The notes: generated by a model not told the origin, from the sequence alone. Counted from the stretch's first letter, positions 10,481-20,597 are shown. The stretch is 64,000 bases of DNA from Nitrososphaerota archaeon (GCA_041641305.1 JBEPYN010000001.1:768001-832000), one strand, 5' to 3'. Made by a program: numbers and translations.

Positions 10481-11169
10481 GCAAAACAAAGGTCTGTGTC
10501 TCCGTCTACGGCGAGAGCGAGGAAAATCTCGCGGAGAATATTCGCCGCGGGTTTGAGAGGGGGGCGGACCTTGCAGAAGTGCGTCTCGACCTCTCAAGCT
10601 ACAGTAGTGTGGAGAGCCTCGCCGAAAAGCTGCGGCCTTTCGCCGATAGGCTTGTGCTAACCCTGAGGCCCGTGGATGAAGGCGGCAGATCCTCTCTCCC
10701 GGTTGAGGAACGTGTCAAGCTTCTCAGACGCCTTATGGATGTTGGGCCCGCGTATGTTGACCTTGAGCTGTCGACGTTGAAGCAGCATCCAGCAGACGAC
10801 TTCCGCGGATCAGGCGTTAAGGTGATAGCTTCTTGGCACAACTTTGAGACAACCCCTGACGATGATTCGCTCACCTATGTGTGCGAAGAATGTCTAAACC
10901 ATGGAGACATAGCAAAGGTAGTGACATTATCCAGGGGAGCCGGCGACAACATCCGCGTCATCGGCCTCTACACCAAGTATCCCTCAAGCCGTCTAATCGC
11001 CTTCTGCATGGGTGAAGAAGGATGGATAACCCGTATTCTCTCGATGGCGGCGGGGGCTCCGATAGCCTATGCCGCGCTCGGCGAAGCAAAGACCGCGCCG
11101 GGGCAGCTGACCCTAGAAGAGATGCTTGAGGCACGTGCAAACATCTGCGGAGGAGGAGGCGGAAGCTGA
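10477..11169 (+). CDS. aroD: Type I 3-dehydroquinate dehydratase
   Basis: Motifs EVRLD, SWHNFETTP, FCMG and TAPGQL. Confidence 0.9.
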   Translation: MSKTKVCVSVYGESEENLAENIRRGFERGADLAEVRLDLSSYSSVESLAEKLRPFADRLVLTLRPVDEGGRSSLPVEERVKLLRRLMDVGPAYVDLELSTLKQHPADDFRGSGVKVIASWHNFETTPDDDSLTYVCEECLNHGDIAKVVTLSRGAGDNIRVIGLYTKYPSSRLIAFCMGEEGWITRILSMAAGAPIAYAALGEAKTAPGQLTLEEMLEARANICGGGGGS

Positions 11170-12008
11170 GAGCAGGTCTCCTGGGCGTTGTAGGACACCC
11201 CATCGGCCACAGCGTTTCGCCGGCGATGATTAACGCTGCTCTCCAGAAACAGGGCATCGAAAACATCCTCTACATAGCCCTAGATGTGCATCCCCGCGAC
11301 CTCCGCGGCTTCGTCTCCTCCGCCCATCTCATGAACTTCATAGGCTTCAACGTCACCATTCCACACAAGGTATCCATCATCAGGCATCTCGACCGGCTGG
11401 ACAAGTCTGCGGAGCTTGTCGAGGCTGTGAACGTGGTGAAGGTTATGGATGAGAGGCGGATGGGCTATAACACGGATGTTGCGGGTGTGTTGGCCTGTGT
11501 TCCCGAGCCCGCGAACGGTAAAGCGGTTGTGCTCGGCGTAGGAGGCGCCGCGAGAGCCGCTGCCGTTGCATTAAGCCGTAAAGGATACGATGAACTTGTT
11601 TTCGCGGGCCGGAGAAAATCCACCATGGATGAGTTTCTAAGGTTTGCGCGGAGGAAGGGTTTACCGGCAAAAATTGTGAAACTCGGGTCCAAGCAGTTTG
11701 TTGAAGCGGTTGAGGAGGCTGAGCTGCTTGTCAACGCCACACCCGTCGGCATGGCGCCAAAAACCAACGCGTCACCCGTCCCAGCCACGCTGCTGCACAA
11801 AGGGTTGACGGTCTTCGACATGGTTTACAACCCTGTTGAAACAAAGCTCCTCAAGATGGCACGGGCCCGTGGAGCAAAAACCATCGGCGGCTTAGACATG
11901 CTTGTGAAACAGGGAGCAGAAGCCCTCAGGATATGGCTCGGCATAGAAGCTGACACAAAAACCATGAAGAAAGCGGCGCTCAGAGCTCTGCAGAGGCGGA
12001 AAAGTTGA
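11166..12008 (+). CDS. aroE: Shikimate dehydrogenase (probable CTG start at 11166)
   Basis: GHPIGHSVSP lies in frame upstream of the first ATG (11226); motifs NVTIPHK, NTD, GVGGAARA, NATPVGM and DMVYNP. Confidence 0.9.
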   Translation: MRAGLLGVVGHPIGHSVSPAMINAALQKQGIENILYIALDVHPRDLRGFVSSAHLMNFIGFNVTIPHKVSIIRHLDRLDKSAELVEAVNVVKVMDERRMGYNTDVAGVLACVPEPANGKAVVLGVGGAARAAAVALSRKGYDELVFAGRRKSTMDEFLRFARRKGLPAKIVKLGSKQFVEAVEEAELLVNATPVGMAPKTNASPVPATLLHKGLTVFDMVYNPVETKLLKMARARGAKTIGGLDMLVKQGAEALRIWLGIEADTKTMKKAALRALQRRKS

Positions 12009-12868
12009 AGGGCAGGGGAAGAGCCGGCGGAGCGGTCTCAATCGTCAACGCCATCTCAACAGGCTTCGGCGCAGCCATCGGCATAAACCTTGAGACAGAA
12101 GCCGAGATCGAAACAACCGATAAACCACAGATAACGCTCAGCATAAACGGTGAGGAGGCAGACCACGTGCTCGCAAAGGCTGTCGTCAAAGTTTTTTCAC
12201 AGGCCCTCGGCGTCGAAATATACGGCGCAGAGATACGCACCCACTCGAACATACCTGTGGCAGTTGGTTTGAAGAGCTCCAGCTCAGCGGCCGTTGCGAT
12301 TGCAAACGCTTTTCTCGACGCTGTGGGGAAAAAGATGTCGGCGGAGGAGCTTCTGCGAAACGTTGCGGAGGCATCTGTTTTGTCGGGGACATCGGTGACA
12401 GGTGCGTTGGACGATGCTGCTGCCTGCTTGCTCGGAGGCATAGTAGCCACAGACAACTATGGCAGAAAAATTCTCAAACACGTTCTGGTTGAAGAGAGGC
12501 TTTTCGCCGTCATCTATGTCCCGCCGGGAAAAACCTACACATCAAGCTTCAGAAAAGAGCTGCTCACACCCATCAGAAACATAGCGGCCACAGCCTTCAA
12601 CCTCGTCCTCGAGGGCAAATACTGGGAAGCGATGACCATAAACGGGCTCGCGCACTCGGCGGCACTCGGCCATCCCACACAGCCTGCGATAGATGCGTTG
12701 AGGGCTGGGGCTTATGCTGCTGGGCTGTCGGGAACGGGGCCGGCGGTGGCGGCGATTGTTTCCGAGGAGAGGGTTGAAGAAGTCGCGGATGCCTTCTCAG
12801 CCTACGAGGGAGAGATAATTAAAGCATCGGTGAACAGGGGAAGGATGGTTGACGTCTGTCCATGTTGA
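12005..12868 (+). CDS. aroK: Archaeal shikimate kinase (GHMP family)
   Basis: Motifs IVNAISTG, PVAVGLKSSS, TGALDD and LSGTGP. Confidence 0.9.
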   Translation: MKGRGRAGGAVSIVNAISTGFGAAIGINLETEAEIETTDKPQITLSINGEEADHVLAKAVVKVFSQALGVEIYGAEIRTHSNIPVAVGLKSSSSAAVAIANAFLDAVGKKMSAEELLRNVAEASVLSGTSVTGALDDAAACLLGGIVATDNYGRKILKHVLVEERLFAVIYVPPGKTYTSSFRKELLTPIRNIAATAFNLVLEGKYWEAMTINGLAHSAALGHPTQPAIDALRAGAYAAGLSGTGPAVAAIVSEERVEEVADAFSAYEGEIIKASVNRGRMVDVCPC

Positions 12869-14138
12869 GCCTTCGAGGCTCACGGGAGTAGTCGAGGCTC
12901 CGCCGAGCAAAAGCTACACACACCGCGTCTTCAGCCTCGCATCCCTCTGCACAGAACAAACCATAATCCACAACCCGCTCATCTCCCGCGACACACAAGC
13001 AACCATAAACGCGGCAAAAATGCTCGGCGCAGAAATCCTCGAAAAACATGGTGTCTACAAGGTCGTGGGACGCAGACGCTTCAAGACACCCGACAACATC
13101 ATCGACGTTATGAACTCGGGGACCACCCTCCGCATATACACGGGCCTCGCAACCCTCGTAGAGAAAGGCTACACAGTCTTGACAGGTGACGAAAGCATAC
13201 GTAGAAGACCGATGGCTCAGCTGCTGGAAGCGCTGCATCAGATCGGTGCAGAATGCTGGTCGACACGGGAAAACGGGGCAGCGCCCGTCATAGTCAAGGG
13301 CGGAAACAGGATAATGGGCACGGCTAAGATCAAGGGCGACCAATCATCCCAATACGTCACCTCACTCCTTCTCACAGGCCTCGCAGCACACGGCGACATC
13401 GAGATCAAGGTGATGGAGGAGCTTGTCTCCAAACCATATGTCGACGCCACAGTTAAGATGGTTGAGCTCTTCGGCGGCGAAATACGTCGCAGAGGCTATG
13501 AGTGGTTCAGGGTTTCTCCGCAGGAGCTGCATAGCGTCGAGTTCACCGTCCCAGGCGACTTTAGCTCAGCGGCCTTCATAGCCGCAGCCGCGCACCTGAC
13601 CCAAGGACGCGTAACCATCAAAAACCTCTCGAAACACTATCCACAGGCCGATGAAAAAATCGTCGAAATAATCAAGCTATACGGCTCTGAGACAACATAT
13701 ACTCCGGATGGGCTTGTGGTGGAGGGTGGCAGGAACCATGCTGATGCGGAGGTTGTGTTGAGAGATGCGCCTGACCTTTTGCCTGTCACGGCTGTTATCG
13801 CCGCCGTAAACGATGGCCAAACACGGATACACGGGGTCGCCCATGCACGGTTGAAGGAGAGCGACAGGATTGCGTTGACGGCGGCTGAGCTGCGGAAGCT
13901 GGGTGTGAAGGTTGAGGAGTTGGTTGACGGGCTTCTTATCCACGGCAATCCACGCATCAAGGGGGGCGTCGCGGTCGACGGCCATGGCGACCATAGACTG
14001 TTCATGGCTTTCACAGTCCTAGGCCTCGCCCTCGAAAAAGGCCTCATCGTCAAAGACGCCGAATCAGCCGATGTCTCCTACCCATCGTTCTTAACGGACC
14101 TCACAAAACTCGGGGCAAGGATAAAGAAGACCGAGTAA
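12849..14138 (+). CDS. aroA: 3-phosphoshikimate 1-carboxyvinyltransferase (EPSP synthase)
   Basis: Motifs PPSKSYTHR, NSGTTLR, SSQY, RLKESDR and DHR. Confidence 0.95.
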   Translation: MTSVHVEPSRLTGVVEAPPSKSYTHRVFSLASLCTEQTIIHNPLISRDTQATINAAKMLGAEILEKHGVYKVVGRRRFKTPDNIIDVMNSGTTLRIYTGLATLVEKGYTVLTGDESIRRRPMAQLLEALHQIGAECWSTRENGAAPVIVKGGNRIMGTAKIKGDQSSQYVTSLLLTGLAAHGDIEIKVMEELVSKPYVDATVKMVELFGGEIRRRGYEWFRVSPQELHSVEFTVPGDFSSAAFIAAAAHLTQGRVTIKNLSKHYPQADEKIVEIIKLYGSETTYTPDGLVVEGGRNHADAEVVLRDAPDLLPVTAVIAAVNDGQTRIHGVAHARLKESDRIALTAAELRKLGVKVEELVDGLLIHGNPRIKGGVAVDGHGDHRLFMAFTVLGLALEKGLIVKDAESADVSYPSFLTDLTKLGARIKKTE

Positions 14139-14153
14139 GCTGTAGATAGAGGG

Positions 14154-14390
14154 GTGGTTATGCGGTTCAGGCTCTCGAGACAGACCCGGTTCATGCTCGA
14201 GTCGCTCGCACTCGCAATCCTCTACACAGCCCTCCCCATCCTGCTACTCATCATACTCCAAACCCTCCGAAGCCTAACACCACCGAACATCATCCTTTGG
14301 CTCCTCTTCACACTCGGCTGGACAGCCCTAATCACCTACATCTATGTAAAGAAAATCTCGAAACGAGGAGGTCTGACGTTTCGGGGATAA
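14154..14390 (+). CDS. Small two-TM membrane protein, hypothetical
   Basis: Two hydrophobic segments; co-oriented 15 bp after aroA. Confidence 0.6.
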   Translation: MVMRFRLSRQTRFMLESLALAILYTALPILLLIILQTLRSLTPPNIILWLLFTLGWTALITYIYVKKISKRGGLTFRG

Positions 14391-14423
14391 GCTTTTTTCC
14401 AGCCATGCATCACTCAAACGTGC

Positions 14424-14906
14424 ATGAGGCCTACTTTCGCGGTGAGTTTTGAGAGCAGGCTTCAACGAGACAAAATGGCTTTCTTGCTTAAGCTGGAGCT
14501 TCTCGTCATCTCGGCTGCAGTGTTGTTTGTGCTTTTCCTCACCAACCAGAGCCCGTGGCTGAGGCTGTTGTTCACCGTGTTCACCTGTGTGGCGCTGCTC
14601 GTTGTTCTCAGGGACCGTTTGGAGAGAGCTGGGCGGAAGCTCCGCCGCGCCGTAGTCCGCTCCGTTAAGAGCCGAGGCGGAGAATGGTTCTTCTTCCTGC
14701 CCATGGGCTCACCCTTCTCCTTTAACGTAGAAGGCTACGAGGTCGTCGCCATCTCAGAAGATCTCAGAGTCGTACGGTTCATGGACTGGAGGCCATGGAA
14801 AATAGGGCAGCAGATTCTCATCCTCTCCGACATACGTGGCCGGGTTCTGGCGGTGCGTGACATCCGGAAGCCTGTCAAGCTCGAGCTGGTTAAGCGGCTG
14901 GCCTGA
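14424..14906 (+). CDS. Hypothetical membrane protein
   Basis: Two N-terminal TM segments followed by a soluble beta-rich C-terminus; start uncertain. Confidence 0.55.
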   Translation: MRPTFAVSFESRLQRDKMAFLLKLELLVISAAVLFVLFLTNQSPWLRLLFTVFTCVALLVVLRDRLERAGRKLRRAVVRSVKSRGGEWFFFLPMGSPFSFNVEGYEVVAISEDLRVVRFMDWRPWKIGQQILILSDIRGRVLAVRDIRKPVKLELVKRLA

Positions 14907-14967
14907 TCTGGTGTCTATGTAGGCTATATAGGTAAAGCCTTTCAACCAGTAAACTATGTAGAACCCC

Positions 14968-15708
14968 ATGCCGCAGAAAACATCCACCCTCGAGCTGGTG
15001 CTCATAGCCGCCAACGCAGCACTCTACGCAGGAGTAGGCTACCTAACCTTTCTAGGCATCTTCGCACCGGTTGTGGGAACGGTCAGGTTCTGGCCCGCCG
15101 TGGTCATCCCAGCGGTCTTCGCCGTCCTATACTCGCCGAAAATAGGTGCCCTGGGCGCGGGCATCGGAATATTCATCAGCGACATGCTGATACACGGTGA
15201 TCCTCTTCTCAGCATATCGGTGGGCGTAACATCCAACGTGGCAGGGTTCTACATACTGGGGATCTTAGCCCGCAGGCTCTCATCCAGCGAGAAGGTTTCT
15301 GTGCTTCCGGTGTTGCTGCAGGCGGCGCCTCTTGCGGCTGCTTTGGCCGGTTCCTGGGCGGATATCTTCGGTGGCTGGGAGACGGCAGTCGTCTTTATCG
15401 GCGCCGGTGTGTTATCCCTTGTGATAAGCGTAGCTTACAGCTTTTACAGGCCTCGGTATGCTGGGCTTGTGGCCGCGTCGTCGACTGGACTTTTCGTGGG
15501 AGCTGCGATGATTGGGCTGGGTGTGTGGCTCTACAGCCAGTTCTTCTCGCTGCCCGCCGCCGCTGGTGGTGGACATGGGCTTCCGCTCTACGCCGCCGCC
15601 ATATGGTTTCTCTGGACATACTTGACCGAGATACCGTTTCTGATGATATTGCTGCCGCCGCTCGTGGCCGCTGTCAAGAAAGCTGTTCCATCGATCGCCC
15701 GTGAATAA
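14968..15708 (+). CDS. ECF transporter S component-like membrane protein
   Basis: Motifs AALYA, VRFWPAVVIPAVFA and GIGIFISD; multi-TM; directly upstream of pantoate kinase. Confidence 0.7.
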   Translation: MPQKTSTLELVLIAANAALYAGVGYLTFLGIFAPVVGTVRFWPAVVIPAVFAVLYSPKIGALGAGIGIFISDMLIHGDPLLSISVGVTSNVAGFYILGILARRLSSSEKVSVLPVLLQAAPLAAALAGSWADIFGGWETAVVFIGAGVLSLVISVAYSFYRPRYAGLVAASSTGLFVGAAMIGLGVWLYSQFFSLPAAAGGGHGLPLYAAAIWFLWTYLTEIPFLMILLPPLVAAVKKAVPSIARE

Positions 15709-15710
15709 CG

Positions 15711-16628
15711 TTGCTGAAAGCCGTCTTCGAGGGCCCCACACCGTTATCCAGCATCTTCTCACCCAAGGTTCTCGACGGCGACAAGGTCCGCGGCGACCCT
15801 GACACAGTGGGGGCCCTTGGCGGAGGCTTCTCCTTCTTCCCCGGCGTCAAAACCGTTGTCGAGATTAGGGAGGGTGATGGGCTGAGCATCAAGATAAACG
15901 GTGAGCCCGCGAGGTTCCCGCCCTCGGAGAAAGCCGTCGAGGTTATGCGGGAGCTGGCGGGGGTTGAGGGCCATGTCAGGATAAGCCATAGCATTCATGT
16001 GCCTATTGCGATGGGGTTTGGAACAAGCGCTGCGGCGGCCCTGGGGGTGTTGATGTCGCTCTCACGCCTCGTCGGCAGACCATTCACTCTTCGCGAAGCC
16101 CTGAAACACACTCACCGCGTCGAAGTCCTCTGCAAAACAGGGCTAAACAGCGAAGCGGGATTCGGCCACACAGGCCTCGTCCTCGTGCTGAAGGAAGGCT
16201 CACCGGACCGCACAGTCGTCGACGAAATCCCGCTCCCACCGAAAACCAAGCTAATCGCAGTCGCAGCGAAGAAAACCGAGACACCCGACGCCATCTCCTC
16301 GGTGGAGAGGCTGCGGCAACTCGAGACAATCGGTGACAGATACATGGACAAAATACTCCGCAACCCTACACCGGAAAACTTTCTCAAACAAGCCCGAGCA
16401 TTCGCATACGAGGCCGGCTTCGTCGACGACACCGTCCACCAGCTCTTCAACACATTCGACAAACTCCCCACAATAGGATACGCCCAGAACATGGTCGGCA
16501 AAGCGGTCCACGCCATCGTCTACGAAGAAGACGTCGAAAAAATCGTCGAAACACTCAAGAAAACATTTCCCAACTACCCCGTGTACGTGGGAGTGGCCGG
16601 GGCCTCCCTCCTCCTCAAAACAGAATAA
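15711..16628 (+). CDS. Pantoate kinase (GHMP family)
   Basis: Motifs PIAMGFGTSAA, HRVEV..TGL, FAYEAGF and AQNMVGKAV. Confidence 0.8.
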   Translation: MLKAVFEGPTPLSSIFSPKVLDGDKVRGDPDTVGALGGGFSFFPGVKTVVEIREGDGLSIKINGEPARFPPSEKAVEVMRELAGVEGHVRISHSIHVPIAMGFGTSAAAALGVLMSLSRLVGRPFTLREALKHTHRVEVLCKTGLNSEAGFGHTGLVLVLKEGSPDRTVVDEIPLPPKTKLIAVAAKKTETPDAISSVERLRQLETIGDRYMDKILRNPTPENFLKQARAFAYEAGFVDDTVHQLFNTFDKLPTIGYAQNMVGKAVHAIVYEEDVEKIVETLKKTFPNYPVYVGVAGASLLLKTE

Positions 16629-16633
16629 AACAT

Positions 16634-17410
16634 CTACTCCAGCATTTGAGCCAGCTCTCTCCACGTGATTTTTCTGAATCCCTTGATTTGGGAGGATGTG
16701 TTCGAGGTGTCGAGGAGGGTTGCAGATGATTGGGCCGCGAGTGTTTCGAGAAGTGTTTTCCCTATCTCGAGTTTGAGCTTTTTACGTCTCTGTTCCTCTA
16801 CGGTTAGGGGCCGCGGCTTCGAGTATGCTCCTATTTCGCCGTCGAAATCCATGCCCGCGACAACTATCTTCTCCACACCCAGCTCCTCGCACATGTAAAC
16901 TGCGCGGTCGCCGTCTGTAAATCCGCCGAAGTTCTCCAAACCCGTGACGGGCTCTGTCTGAGTTGTGCCGAGAACCCTGCCACGCATCAGTGGAACCAGC
17001 TTCTCTACCTTCTCCATGTTGTCACCATGTGCATGAACAACCATTAAGCAGCCTTTCTCCGCGGCCCTCAACAGGATATCGTCTCCGCCGTCAAGATCCG
17101 TAACCACTATGTCGGGAACTATTCCACGTGCCAGGAAAAACCGGGTCGCGCCGTCCACGGCTATGATAGCCGCCGCCTCAGACTCAAACACATGGAGATA
17201 TTGTTGGAGGTCTGTTTCCAGAGAGGGACCCGCGCCGAATACCGCGGCAAACATTTTGCTGTGGAGGATGCTTGAAAGCTCTTGTCTCGATGCACCGTGG
17301 CCGCTCAACAGTTTGGAGAGAGTTTCGGCGGCGAGCCTGTCTCTTTCCTCGTCGATGCCGAGTTTTCTACATATTTCGTGATAATGTTTAAGCCATTCCG
17401 TTGTTTTCAA
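16634..17410 (-). CDS. mptE: 6-hydroxymethyl-7,8-dihydropterin pyrophosphokinase, MptE-like
   Basis: Motifs GAGPSL, VVTDLDG, HAHGDN and NFGGFTDGDRA. Confidence 0.88.
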   Translation of the reverse strand: MKTTEWLKHYHEICRKLGIDEERDRLAAETLSKLLSGHGASRQELSSILHSKMFAAVFGAGPSLETDLQQYLHVFESEAAAIIAVDGATRFFLARGIVPDIVVTDLDGGDDILLRAAEKGCLMVVHAHGDNMEKVEKLVPLMRGRVLGTTQTEPVTGLENFGGFTDGDRAVYMCEELGVEKIVVAGMDFDGEIGAYSKPRPLTVEEQRRKKLKLEIGKTLLETLAAQSSATLLDTSNTSSQIKGFRKITWRELAQMLE

Positions 17411-18281
17411 CTTGGCGTCTTATCTCGCCGAAAGTGGTTCGCAGATGCGACTCCATGTTGTGGCGATGGATGCTCTCGAGGGATTTTACCCTGATGTATA
17501 CGTGGTGGTTGTCGGGTAGAGTTGGAAACTGTTTGGCAACGAGGTATGCCGCTGTTCTCGCCACGTCTTCGACAAACCTCGGCCTCTGGATTGCGGATAC
17601 AACGACCTCAGCCTCGTCCAGACGCTTGAGCAGTTCGACGGTTCGGCTGCTGAAAGACTCTTTCAAAATGTTTAGCAGCTGATTTAGGGTGATTTTTCCA
17701 TCGGTTTCCACGACGACTTCGGCGTAGGCCCTCTGCATGTGGGTTGGTATCGGGCCTCCACGGCCGTCTCCGTTGAGATAAACCTCGCGTATCACCTCCT
17801 TGGCGCATGGACAGGCAGTTATACCCGCGCCCCTCACTCCGACAAAGTTACGCAAAGTATAGCCGCCGTTAACCCTGTGCGCATAGGACTTGAACACCGC
17901 CTCAAAATGCTCCAGCGACTCGGATTTTGTCACCGGGCTCTTCTCCACCTCAAAAAGACTCAGCCTGAGAACGGCTCGTGCACGCGTTGAGTAGACATGT
18001 TTTTCGAGAAGCGTTTTAACTATCTGTGAAGTTATCCCGTAAACATTTTTGTTCTGCAGCCCCGATATAGCCTGTTTCACCGCTTCATATGTTCTGGACG
18101 CGTGTATGCCCCTCTGTGTATGGGGGAGGTTGACAGCGGCCTCCACGACAGGTGTCGACGCTAGTCGAAAACCCTCAAGAGCCTCCTCATCCAACGGAAA
18201 AAGAACATCCGAAACAGCCACCCAATCAATCTCGATAGGGGTTGTCGCCGGCTCTGATTGAACATCACGGCTCAGTGTCAA
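17388..18281 (-). CDS. mptA: GTP cyclohydrolase MptA/FolE2 family
   Basis: Motifs RGIHASR, TACPCA, THMQR, FVEDVAR and ESIHRH. Confidence 0.85.
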   Translation of the reverse strand: MTLSRDVQSEPATTPIEIDWVAVSDVLFPLDEEALEGFRLASTPVVEAAVNLPHTQRGIHASRTYEAVKQAISGLQNKNVYGITSQIVKTLLEKHVYSTRARAVLRLSLFEVEKSPVTKSESLEHFEAVFKSYAHRVNGGYTLRNFVGVRGAGITACPCAKEVIREVYLNGDGRGGPIPTHMQRAYAEVVVETDGKITLNQLLNILKESFSSRTVELLKRLDEAEVVVSAIQRPRFVEDVARTAAYLVAKQFPTLPDNHHVYIRVKSLESIHRHNMESHLRTTFGEIRRQVENNGMA

Positions 18282-18377
18282 TTCAAACCGCTCTCCTTTT
18301 TTGAGGTATTTAAAGGCGGCGTAAAAACAAATGATCCTAACAACGTTTTATATTTGGTTGGTCGATGGGTTGTTGGG

Positions 18378-20132
18378 ATGCTTTTCCGAGAGTTAGTGGA
18401 CTTCTATGAGCGGCTTGAGGCTACGACGAAGAGACTTGAGATGACGGATATTTTGGCTGAGCTTTTGTCCAAGACGCCGCCGGAGAGCATAGACAAGGTT
18501 GTTTACATGACTTTGGGTGAGATTTACCCGGCTTATCGTGGGTTGGAGCTGGGTGTGGCGGAGAAGCTTGCTCTGAGGGTTGTTAAGCAGGTTGCGGGGG
18601 TTTCCGAGAAAGAGGTTGAGGAGGCTTACTCGAGGCACGGGGATGTGGGAAACGCGGCGATGGTTCTTCTCAGGAGGAAGCCGCAGATGACGCTTTTCAC
18701 GCAGGAGCTGACGGTTCAGGATGTTTACGCTGCGTTGGAGAAGATTGCGCGTGTTACGGGGTCGGGGGCCATGGAGATGAAGATGACGATTTTAGCTGGT
18801 TTGCTTGCGCAGGCCTCGCCCGTAGAGGCCAAGCACATCCTCCGCATTGTGACTGGAACTATGCGGCTGGGTGTCGCTGACATGACTATTCTCGACGCCT
18901 TGGCCAAGGCGTTTGGCGGCGAGCGCGAGATATACGAGCGAGCCTACAACCTGAGCAGCGACATCGGCCTCGTCGCCTTGACCGCGGCAAAGGAGGGGCC
19001 CGAGGGGGTTAAACGATTCAGCGTAAGGACAGGCATACCGGTCAGATGCATGCTAGCCGAGAGACTCGCCAGCGCCGAGGAGATTCTCGAGAAAATCGGT
19101 GGACGCGGGTTCGCCGAATACAAGTATGACGGGGAGCGGATGCAGATACACAAGTCAGGCGACGTGGTTGAAATCTTTTCAAGGCGTCAGGAGAACATCA
19201 CCAGCCAGTATCCCGACGTGGTCGACATGGTGCGGAAAGGTGTTTTGGCCCGTGAAGCGATACTCGAATGTGAAGCTGTTCCCGTAGACCCCGAGACAGG
19301 TGAGACACTGCCTTTCCAAGAGCTTATGCACCGCAAGAGAAAGAAGGAGATTGAGAAGGCCGCGGAAGAGTATCCGGTCAACCTCTATTTCTTCGACCTC
19401 CTCTACGTCGACGGCGAAGACCTCACCACCAAGCCTCTTCCCATACGCAGGAAAAAGCTTGAGGGAATTATTGTGGAGAGCGAGAGGATGAGGCTTAGCA
19501 CAGGTAAAATGGTTGAGACGCCTGAAGAGATTGAGAAGTTTTTCGCCGAAGCCGTCGAAGCAGGCTGTGAGGGGTTGATGATAAAGTCGGTTGACGAGGA
19601 CAGTGTTTACAGGGCTGGGGCCCGGGGCTGGCAGTGGATTAAGCTGAAACGGGATTACCGAAGCGAGATGATTGACACCGTCGACCTCGTCGTGGTCGGC
19701 GCATTCCATGGACGGGGGAGGAGAAAGGGCCGCTACGGCGCCCTGCTGATGGCTGTCTACAACCCTGAGAAGGATGTGTTCCAGACAGTTTGTAAAGTTG
19801 GCTCAGGGTTCAAGGACGTGGACCTCGAGATGTTGACGGAACGTGTTAACAGGCTTCGGCTCGACGCCAAACATCCACGCGTGGAGGCTTTGATGGAGCC
19901 GGATGTCTGGGTTCAGCCGAGCCTCGTTCTCGAGATAATCGGTGCAGAGGTAACGCTCAGCCCCGTGCACACATGTGCATGGGATGTGGTTAAGCAGGGC
20001 TATGGGCTGGGGATAAGGTTTCCACGCTTCACCGGCAGGGTCCGCGACGACAAGAAGCCCGAGGACGCTACAACAGACAACGAAATCGTGGAGATGTATC
20101 GGAGCCAGCTGAAGAAGGTTGAGGCAGAGTGA
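18378..20132 (+). CDS. lig: ATP-dependent DNA ligase
   Basis: Motifs EYKYDGER, EGLMIK, WIKLKRDY and IRFPRF. Confidence 0.95.
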   Translation: MLFRELVDFYERLEATTKRLEMTDILAELLSKTPPESIDKVVYMTLGEIYPAYRGLELGVAEKLALRVVKQVAGVSEKEVEEAYSRHGDVGNAAMVLLRRKPQMTLFTQELTVQDVYAALEKIARVTGSGAMEMKMTILAGLLAQASPVEAKHILRIVTGTMRLGVADMTILDALAKAFGGEREIYERAYNLSSDIGLVALTAAKEGPEGVKRFSVRTGIPVRCMLAERLASAEEILEKIGGRGFAEYKYDGERMQIHKSGDVVEIFSRRQENITSQYPDVVDMVRKGVLAREAILECEAVPVDPETGETLPFQELMHRKRKKEIEKAAEEYPVNLYFFDLLYVDGEDLTTKPLPIRRKKLEGIIVESERMRLSTGKMVETPEEIEKFFAEAVEAGCEGLMIKSVDEDSVYRAGARGWQWIKLKRDYRSEMIDTVDLVVVGAFHGRGRRKGRYGALLMAVYNPEKDVFQTVCKVGSGFKDVDLEMLTERVNRLRLDAKHPRVEALMEPDVWVQPSLVLEIIGAEVTLSPVHTCAWDVVKQGYGLGIRFPRFTGRVRDDKKPEDATTDNEIVEMYRSQLKKVEAE

Positions 20133-20142
20133 GGTGAGCGAC

Positions 20143-20367
20143 ATGGTTTTGGACGCGGTTACGCTGCTTATCCTCTTCATGGTGTTTGTATTGGCTGCGT
20201 TTATGCTTCTCGCTGCAGCCGCTGCACAGAGTGAGAAGACAAGGGGAGAAGGGTTCGCATTCATCCTCATCGGGCCCCTGCCGATCATTCTGCGTGGAAG
20301 GCCTTGGATAGCTCTGGCCGTGGGAGCCGCGTTGATAGCCCTTCTTCTAATGGTGATGCTGAGGTGA
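20143..20367 (+). CDS. DUF131-like small membrane protein
   Basis: GFAFILIGPLPI motif between TM helices. Confidence 0.7.
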   Translation: MVLDAVTLLILFMVFVLAAFMLLAAAAAQSEKTRGEGFAFILIGPLPIILRGRPWIALAVGAALIALLLMVMLR

Positions 20368-20597
20368 GAGCTTTTCTCATACTGGCTTTTCTTCTGTTCG
20401 CGGCAGCTCTCATCCTCCCCTTTGCCTTGGTCTATGCGGTTGGTGATGCAGCCCAGTTCAGGGGAATCGGGGTCTTCTTCATCGGCCCCATACCCATCTT
20501 TCTCGACGTCACGGACCCACGCGGCATCTTCACACTCCTGCTACCCTTTCTACTCATCTTCATCCTGCTTTTTCTCGCCAAGACGTTGAAGCGTTAG
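20364..20597 (+). CDS. DUF131-like small membrane protein (second of a tandem pair)
   Basis: GVFFIGPIPI motif; GTGA overlap with the preceding gene. Confidence 0.65.
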   Translation: MRAFLILAFLLFAAALILPFALVYAVGDAAQFRGIGVFFIGPIPIFLDVTDPRGIFTLLLPFLLIFILLFLAKTLKR

